Source: Octopus vulgaris
Taxonomy: Eukaryota
DNA length: 64,000 nucleotides
Assembly (NCBI GenBank): GCA_951406725.2
Contig: OX597826.1
Span: 83,886,001 to 83,950,000, forward strand
Direction of reading: 5' to 3'
The notes below the pieces were generated by a model. It was not told the DNA's origin and searched no databases. It saw only the letters and a program-made list of their open reading frames with translations. Positions 55,063-64,000 of this stretch are shown piece after piece (the stretch's first letter is position 1; every line of letters begins with the position of its first letter). The translations under genes were made by a program, and so were the position numbers.

Positions 55063-58000
55063 CAATAATAATAATAATGATAATAATAATAATCTTTCTC
55101 ATTGGCCATGTTAGCCAAGGGGTTTACAAAGAAGAACATGGAGAAGGAACAGATAAGTGATAGAAGGACAAGTAGAGGGGTGGAAGACATTAAACAGTAC
55201 AGAAAGGGATAATTAAACTTTCAAGGCACAAATATTTTGCATATTAATGAACAAAAAAATACAATTAACATACAAAACAAGAAACAATAAAAAGAAGCAA
55301 CCATAACATTTTGTGGGTTAAGTGATGTTGGAGGACTCCACTTGCTATTGTCCATATTATTGTCTTGTAAACCCAAAAGAACCCGTTGGCATTTTAAATC
55401 ATTTGGGATTGCAAAACACCAAACATTTTCAGAGTAGAATTGTTTTAGCTCACTATGGTGTCTTCATTCCGTTTTTACTGCCAATCTATCTTTTCTATGT
55501 TGCCAATATTCCAAACCTAATTATGCCTGCATTATTTTTACTTTATTGGAAAATCCATAGCACCACCACAGATGTATGATTCTTATCTATAAGTTGTCCG
55601 ATTTTCAAAGGATGGTGAATCTCAGTTCTTCATCATCTTCATTATTTTTCCAAAGAGTGGAATCATTGTTGTTCTGGTTTACTTGTTTTATGTTCACTTA
55701 TTTTTTTTTTTTTTAGATTTTTGTCTTCTTGATTGAACTTAAGACCACGTGGTTAGTAAGCAAGCTTCTTAACCATACAGCCATAAAGTACCAGTCAAGT
55801 ACTGGGGTTGAGGTAATTCATTAACCCTCCCCCTCTCACCAACATTGCTGACCTTGTGCCAAAATTTGAACCAATCGTTGTTGTTGTTGCTGTTGTTTCT
55901 TTTATTTGCTGCCAGATGACTCGTCTGCCGAATGAATCGTCCCCTTCTACTATGAGACTTCTTTTTTTATTATTTTCATTTTATCATCACTAGAGGGATG
56001 AAAAGTAAGGTCAGAATGAGTTTTAATTAATTAAATGAATGCCTAAAAGGGGAATTAGCAGATGTCACTGATACAATTGGAACACAAGAGAAAATCTAAA
56101 GGCATAGTCTCCAGTGCGATGTAACAATGATGGCAAGAGAAGCCTTTTACATCAATATTCCTCAAAATAAAGAACATACAAATTGAATGCTTTGTTTAAT
56201 CAGTTATCTCTGAGTCACCTACTTATTTCTCGACCATGGCAATCCACCACCATCAATAACAACAACAACATTCATTAATTTCATAATCCCTTTTAATTCC
56301 AGTAATCATAAACAAAATTCTAAGAACTGGATAATCTTTTAGTAAACCAGTCAACAGAATATTTTTACTAGTTGTTCTTTTTTCATTTTTTTAAAGATAA
56401 GTTAACAGTGGATAATGTAGTCCTAGATAGAATGTGCTTAAAATTAAAAGAATGGAATTGGTAACATCAGGAATATCTTTTATTATAAGTTTGCTTAGTC
56501 AAGTCTGATGTTGGATTAAACAACATGATTTCAACTTAGAATAGTAAATGATGGAACTGGATACATTTTGCCAGTTGCTCAATGTAATCAGGTGGATTTT
56601 TCTCATTGATACAAAGTCACAGATCTTCATGGCTGACTCCAGTACTTGGCTGATAATAATGCAGAAGCATGAAGGACAAAGTTAACTGGTTGGATTTGAA
56701 TTCAGAATGCAAAGCACCATAACAAAATGCTGCAAGGAATTCTACCAATTCTTTGCATGTGCAAATATTAGCATGGAAGTTCTTTGGTTACTTAAGCCAA
56801 CCTGAATCCCAAACATGCTTAGTTCATTCAAATAGAATCTGAACAAAAATGGTTTAACTTCTAGATAATAAAACATCTATTTTAATAAAACATCTATTTT
56901 AAGGTGAGACATGACGATGAAGAATTTCGCTACTTTTTCCCAATGGCGCCAACTTGTTAAGCTTAATTGAACTGAATCTGTGTGATGTCACATCTCATTC
57001 ATTTCATTATCTTTCACTGCCTGAAGATCTCGAAATTTATTGCTATGAAAGATTCTCGTTGACCGTATCAATAAGATTGCTTTCTGCTGCTATTTGTATC
57101 TATTCATCATAATTTGATAGTAAATATTGTTGTTGTTTTTGTAATTAGCTCATTTCTGGCCAATCAGTCAGCTGATCAAAAGAAACACTAAAAATATTGA
57201 TAAATCGATTCTTCAGAATTCTTCAATCTATTTTATTCACCATAAATATGACCACTAAAATCTCAAAGATTACAAAGTGGAACTCCATAGTCTTAATATT
57301 GAAATGTCTGTTGTTAAAAATTCTTGACACTTCAAATACAATGGTCTTAAGGGAAGAAATCAACCCTATTGATAATTCGGATGGGCTCCAAAGATTCTTT
57401 ACATTTGAGCATTTTGTCGGTTCTTGCAGAATTATTGATATTTCAATTATTTGTATATTATTCATTTACTGACGTCGGTCATTAGACTACAGCCATGCTG
57501 GGGCACTGCTTTCAAGGGTTGTTTGGGTATATTAATATAATACTTTGTATTACTTATTCTATTAATCTTTGTTTGCCAGACCCCTAAGTTATAGAATACA
57601 AACAAAAGCAATGGTTTTTAAGTGATGTCATCATAGAAACATACACACCATTCGTAATGTCTGTCAGTTTGTATGTATGTATGTATGCATGCATGGATGG
57701 ATACATGTATGCATGCATGCATGGATACATGTATGCATGCATGTACACATGCACGTAGAATACAATCGCTCAATGGCTCAATGCCAAGCGTGTGTGTGTG
57801 TGTGTGAAAAGGGGGAGAAACAAACGTCTCTGATTTAAATCACCCCAAGTAATGAATGAATGGAGAAGTGAAAGGCTGTTTCGTGCATTCCAGCCCCTGA
57901 AACTTACAGGGGCTGAAACTAAATATGGGAGAGAGCAAGAGACAGAGATAAGGAGAAAGGAAAGAGAGAGAGAGATGTATAGGGGAAAGGATGTAGTGTG

Positions 58001-59440
58001 TAAAATGTGTGTGTCTGTATAAAATATGTGTGTCTGTGTAAAATGTGTGTGTCTGTGTATGAGAGAACACAAGTTTGTGTTTAGTATGAGTTTGGCTCCA
58101 AATGTGAGAGCAAAATTTTCATGGAGGATCCCCCTACGTGAACTTTAAATCACACTTTGAATATTGTAGTTCCTCTTATGCAGTAATATGGGTTAAACAT
58201 CATAATGGCTGATCATGGTTGGAATGCCTTTCATCAAATAGTAGGGTGTAAGTTTAGAGTTATGTGATCTTTATAGTTTAATGTTGCATTAGTGAGGTAG
58301 ATGACAGAAGTGTGTTGAATGAGAGACAAGACTCCAATCTTACAAAAATTTCTTTTAAATTCCTTGTTTTGGATTTTACATTGATTTTGTCCTCAAACAC
58401 AGGTTACTAGGTTCTGTACCATCATGACTTCCACAACAAATGTTATGTTCTTATCATTAAATTTTCATGAGAGAATGCTAAGATGATTTCCTATTGCCAT
58501 CTCTGAGTAATTCTTACACGACCAGCTGAAAACCGAGACTGTAAACGGCTGGAACAAATTCCACAAAATGCTTTGTGCAAAGTTCTTACAATTCTACCAA
58601 TCTACCTCTTTTCAATGGAACTTTATCAACTGCAAAATGTTGAAAAGCAAAGTTGGCTTGGAACATAAAGAACTAATTCACTGCTTAATACAGGTTTAGA
58701 TATTGGTTTATTTGAGAATGGATTGTTCCAAAATGTTTCAACAACTGAATTAGAAAATTTGATAAAGAACTGTGCTTTATTTAGTTACTGTCTACGAGAG
58801 GGGTGCAGCGCCATTGTGGCTGTTATAGAATTTGAAATCATGGTTAGTAATTCAATCATTTCACCTACAACCACAATATTATCTATTTCACTTTTTAATA
58901 ATTCCATCATTTGAAAGAGCTCTTACACACACACACACACACACAAAGCAGAGATATATTTTCCCCACTCTTTCTTTCTTCATTTTGTCATCTGCCTCTT
59001 CCTTATCTCTTTCTCTCCCTCCCTCCTATCTCTGTCTTCTCAGGCTTTCTCTCTCTTTCCTCACCATTACTCCCCTCTCTCTAAACGATCCTCTCCCCAC
59101 ATCCCAAACAATTTCTCTTCCATTCTATGTTTATTAAATCTCTCTCTGCCTCATCACTCTACTTCCTTCAGCCTCTCTTTCTCCTCCACTTTCCCTCTAC
59201 CTACTTCTCTCAGTCTCACCTTTATCTTGCTTTATATCTATAAAACTTTCTGCCATTTATTCCAACTCTCCCTGCTCTATCTATCTATCTATCTATCTAT
59301 CTGTTTGCCTGCCTGCCTGCCTACCTACCTATCTATCTATCTCTATCTATCTATCTCTATTTATCTATCTATCTCTATCTATCTAGCTAGCTAGCTATCT
59401 TTCTCTCCCTCTCTTGATATTATCTACCAAACTCTCTTCT

Positions 59441-59476
<36 letters not shown>

Positions 59477-59568
59477 AATATCTCTCTCTTTCTCTCTATT
59501 ACCAACCAAGCTCTCCATCCATGCATCTCTCCTGTCATTTCCTCACTCTCTCTCCTTTCACCACCACC

Positions 59569-59622
<54 letters not shown>

Positions 59623-60112
59623 CCCAATTCCACAAGCCAATATTTTGGTTAGAAGGAGATCTGTAAAAACTCTAGAAAGAAGGGTTAATTCAATTATTTA
59701 TTCATAAACATCAAAGTCGTCAAACAGATGAAATCAATTCCACAAACGGTAAAGCAGCATTGTATCAGATTCCCAGTTTCTCACTTAACAACAGATTCTT
59801 ATTTTGTCCTTTTTTTCTTTTGATTTCAAAAACTAAAAAAGAAACAATTCTTACAAACAAACAAACAAAAAAAGACATACAAGTCCAATACAATTGAACA
59901 TCTTTTATTAATGTTTAGTTTTTATCTGTGCAACTTGCAGTGATTGCCAGCTTCTTGTCTCTGTTTCTATTCTCCTTGGTGTCCACTCAACCTATATGAT
60001 TAGTTCTCAATAGAAATATGGCTCAAAAGAGTTTTGAAAAGCTTTTATCAAACCTTGTATTCTTGCTCCACAAACCTACCCCTAAACCGCAATCATTTTT
60101 ATTTCCATTCCC

Positions 60113-60167
<55 letters not shown>

Positions 60168-60814
60168 CCATACATATATCAGTCTCACTACTTACTTACC
60201 AGTCCTTTCTCTTACCTACCTTCCTACCAACCTGCATGTCTGTCTGTCTGTCTATACTGCTATCTCTATATATCGGTGGATTTATTTGTCAACCAGTTTG
60301 TCCTTCTATTCATCAATGTATCTATCTGTATCTACCAATACACACACACACATATATACAAACATACACAAAGAAATAGACAAATAAATTAATATTACAT
60401 ATATACACACACACACACACATATATATATACACAAATACATATGTATATGCATATATATGTACATACATATATGCATATACATATATATATACATACAT
60501 ACAAACACACACATATGTATATACACACTCATATATATAAATACACACAAAGAAATAGATAAATAAATAAATATATATATAAATAGGTATGTGTGTACAC
60601 AGACACACACACACACACACACGTATATTTACAAATTTGCTTCATTCATGATTGAATTCTTAAGAACTCTGAAGAAGTCAATGATGAACCTCTGCAAATT
60701 TATCAAAATAAATAAATATCAAAGTATCGAGATCTTTAGTTTGTGACCATTTTTATTCTCACAGACAAACATCCTAATGTGTAAATTTACTTCTTCAAAT
60801 CATCATCATCCATC

Positions 60815-61265
<451 letters not shown>

Positions 61266-62859
61266 TTTTATCTATTTATCTATTTCCCTATCTGCATATG
61301 TATGTCTATCAATCAATCAACCCATCGCCAGTGTTCTTTTCGCTTTTTGCAGCTTTAAACTGGAGCCAAAAGCTGAAGTGTAACAAATTGAGAGACAAAG
61401 AATCCATCAATTTAATCGATAATTCAACTGGGTCAATACATTTGAGAGCAGGTCAACAGGAAAAGAAGGGGTAAGAGAGAAAAAGGGAGAAAAGGAGAGA
61501 GAGAGAGAGAGAGAGTAAGGGGAAAAGGGAAGAGAGAAGAAACAGTTTAGGAAGTAGGAAGATCTAATACCAAAATCTATAGAAATACAAAATCTCAACT
61601 AAGGATCAAAAACTAAACAAAAATCAAAAACAAAATTGAGGTGGGGATTGAAGGTTCTGTTTTGTTTTTGTTTTTAATCTATTATGAATCCAATAATTGG
61701 TTTAACATGAGAAAATTGGTTCTGTTATCTGGCATCAAATAGCAGACATACATATGGCATTCACAAATGATTGATTGGTGATGCTGTCTAACACTAAATG
61801 ATCCAAGGGTTCAAATGAAAAGTTGCAAAGGAACAGTTATTCTACAGAAATGGTAACAAACAACTTAGCTTACTTGAATGGTTTTTTTTTATTGAAATGT
61901 TATTGTTTAACCTGAGGTCAGCTCTTATCAAACAGACCTTATGATCAAAAACATTAAAACTATGGCAGTTCAAACGTGGTTTATCAAAAATTGACATTTC
62001 TTTTTTTTTTTTTTTTCTAATTATTATTCTATGACAGTACAGAAAGGTTTGAGAGACACTTGGCTACTGTTTATAGCAGACTGAATTAATGTCGCATTCA
62101 GATAATCAATAGAGTGTTGGACATAATAATTCTTGGTGTTGATTGTATGCTATTACATTCTGAGTTCAAATCCTGCCAAAATCAACCGTACCTAACATTA
62201 TTTTATAAAATAAATACCTATCATATACTGGGGTTGGTTGATATAATTAAATACAACTCTTCCTTAAAATTTGGGGCCTTTGTTAGGAATCAATGCAGAA
62301 GATGTTTAACATAGTTTTGAGTTCAAACTTTACTTCTTTCAGCCAAATTTGTTGTAAAGTAATGGATATAACACCATTTTCTTCAGTCTACTTGGCTGGT
62401 AAACAGTTCCCTCTCCTACTTTACAGTTAGGCGCTATAAAATTTAACACCTTTGTGATCATATTTCTAATGAAATATTTGAAAAAATACTGTTCATGCTT
62501 TCATTCTTTTTCTTAAATAATCAGGAATTTGGAGAGATTTAATGGAATAAATTTTCCACTCTAAAGTCGGTATTTAACATAAGACTGATGGATGATTCTA
62601 AATTAATACAATTTAAAATAGCTTGTCTGTCACAGAATGAGAATCAGTCCCAAGTGGTTTGGTTTCAAAAGATTTAGATCTTTCCAGAGGTCATCTTACT
62701 CCTGCCATTGTGTTATGCTTTTTTGTAAAGCATTGAACTCTCTTTCACCACAACACAAAAACAGCACCCTCCCCACTCCCAACCATAAAAAAACTATTAG
62801 TTGACTTTGTCTATCCAAACAAACATAAAATAAATTATATAGCAACACATCTTCTAGTC

Positions 62860-63758
62860 CAGAGATTCTCAAACTTTTGGGGGCCCATGCCCTCCCCCTC
62901 ATGGCCACATAATATCCTCAGTGCCCCCACCCCTATTTTTATGTATAAATAAATATTTTATATTTTACTAATTTGTATATACTATGAATCATTTGATATT
63001 TAATATATTATTATATAATTTGTATGGAGATAAGCTGTGCTTGAGAAGGCCTGACAAGCCAAGTGAGACCATAGCGCATGACCTGTGCCAGTGGGTGTAA
63101 CCAGCCCACTTATGAGTACCCTTCATTCATTGGACAATAAACTTTGCTTGCAAAGACCTATTGAGGCAAGTGAAATCAAAATCAAAATCGCTGATGTGAC
63201 CGATGACAGTACCGCCTGATTAGCACTTGTGTCAGTGGAACATTAAAAGCACATCCGAGCGTGATCGTTGCAAGGGCCATGGATTGGCTCCCATACTGGT
63301 GGCACATAAAAAGTACCATTTGAGCCTGATCGTTGCCAGCATCGCCTTACCGGCACATGTGCCAGTGGCATGTGAAAAACAACATTCAAGCGTGGTCATT
63401 ACCAGTGCTGCCAGACTGGCACTTGTGCCAGTGGCATGTAAAAGCACTCTTGGAGTGGTTGGCATTAGGAAGGGCATCTAGCTGTAGAAACTTTGCCAGA
63501 TCAGATTGGAGTCTGGTGCAGCCTTCTGGCTCACCAGTCCTCAGTCAAACCGTCAAACCCATACCAGTATGGAAAGAGGACGTTAATCAATGATGATGAT
63601 GACTATAATATTATTATAATAATTTCATAGTGGTCCCCCAATCCACTGCCTTCCTCCCAATGCCTCCTTTTTCTCTACTACCCCTTTAGGCACCAGCACG
63701 CACCTGGACCATCTCAACACCCACCGGTGGGTGGTAGCACCCACTTTGAGAATCCATG
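62860..63758. mobile_element. hAT-Charlie-like MITE interrupted by an RTE fragment
   Basis: TIRs CAGAGATTCTCAAA / TTTGAGAATCCATG; imperfect 8-bp TSD TTCTAGTC / TTCTAAAC resembling the Charlie NTCTAGAN target. Confidence 0.75.
63027..63603 (+). mobile_element. RTE 3' fragment
   Basis: Homologous to 27180-27885; tandem hairpin units; (GAT)n tail. Confidence 0.88.
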
Positions 63759-64000
63759 TTCTAAACAGAAATTTCTTTCATGACTTTAGAAGTGTAAATA
63801 TATTCCAATGAATATTCCTATTATTTTCAAGGGTAACAGACATTCCAACCCAGTACCTGCTGTATAATGGGGCTTATTGTACTTGTCAGGATTTGAACTC
63901 AGGAAGTAATAGAATGCCTGAAGAACACAAGATATTATACTCAAATGTTCTACCAATTTTGCTATTCACACTTCATATATTCAACTATTCTGTAGGAAAA

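Overview
AT-rich, microsatellite-rich eukaryotic DNA made almost entirely of transposable elements and simple repeats. The SINE/LINE repertoire looks like octopus (cephalopod); this is an inference from recognised repeat families. No host protein-coding exon can be supported, and most ORFs in the track are microsatellite artefacts or LINE fragments. Positions 2.3-16.4 kb appear to be one (TA)n microsatellite colonised by about 8 elements: four CR1/L2-group APE-RT LINE copies, a Tc1-like MITE and three non-coding Penelope-like terminal fragments. Two of those fragments are near-perfect fold-backs, and one carries a well-formed type I hammerhead ribozyme. Further on lie a degenerate RTE LINE with a PHD-like finger inserted inside its RT, a BovB-like RT fragment, another CR1-group fragment, a decayed Penelope RT, two Dong/R4 fragments at (TAA)n tracts, many tRNA-derived SINEs, a hAT-Charlie-like MITE and a TSD-flanked local templated duplication. 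A strong AG|GTGAGT recursive-splice (ratchet) site on the minus strand at 52820/52821 suggests the window lies in a very long intron of a minus-strand gene. Most repeat boundaries are approximate, read by eye.
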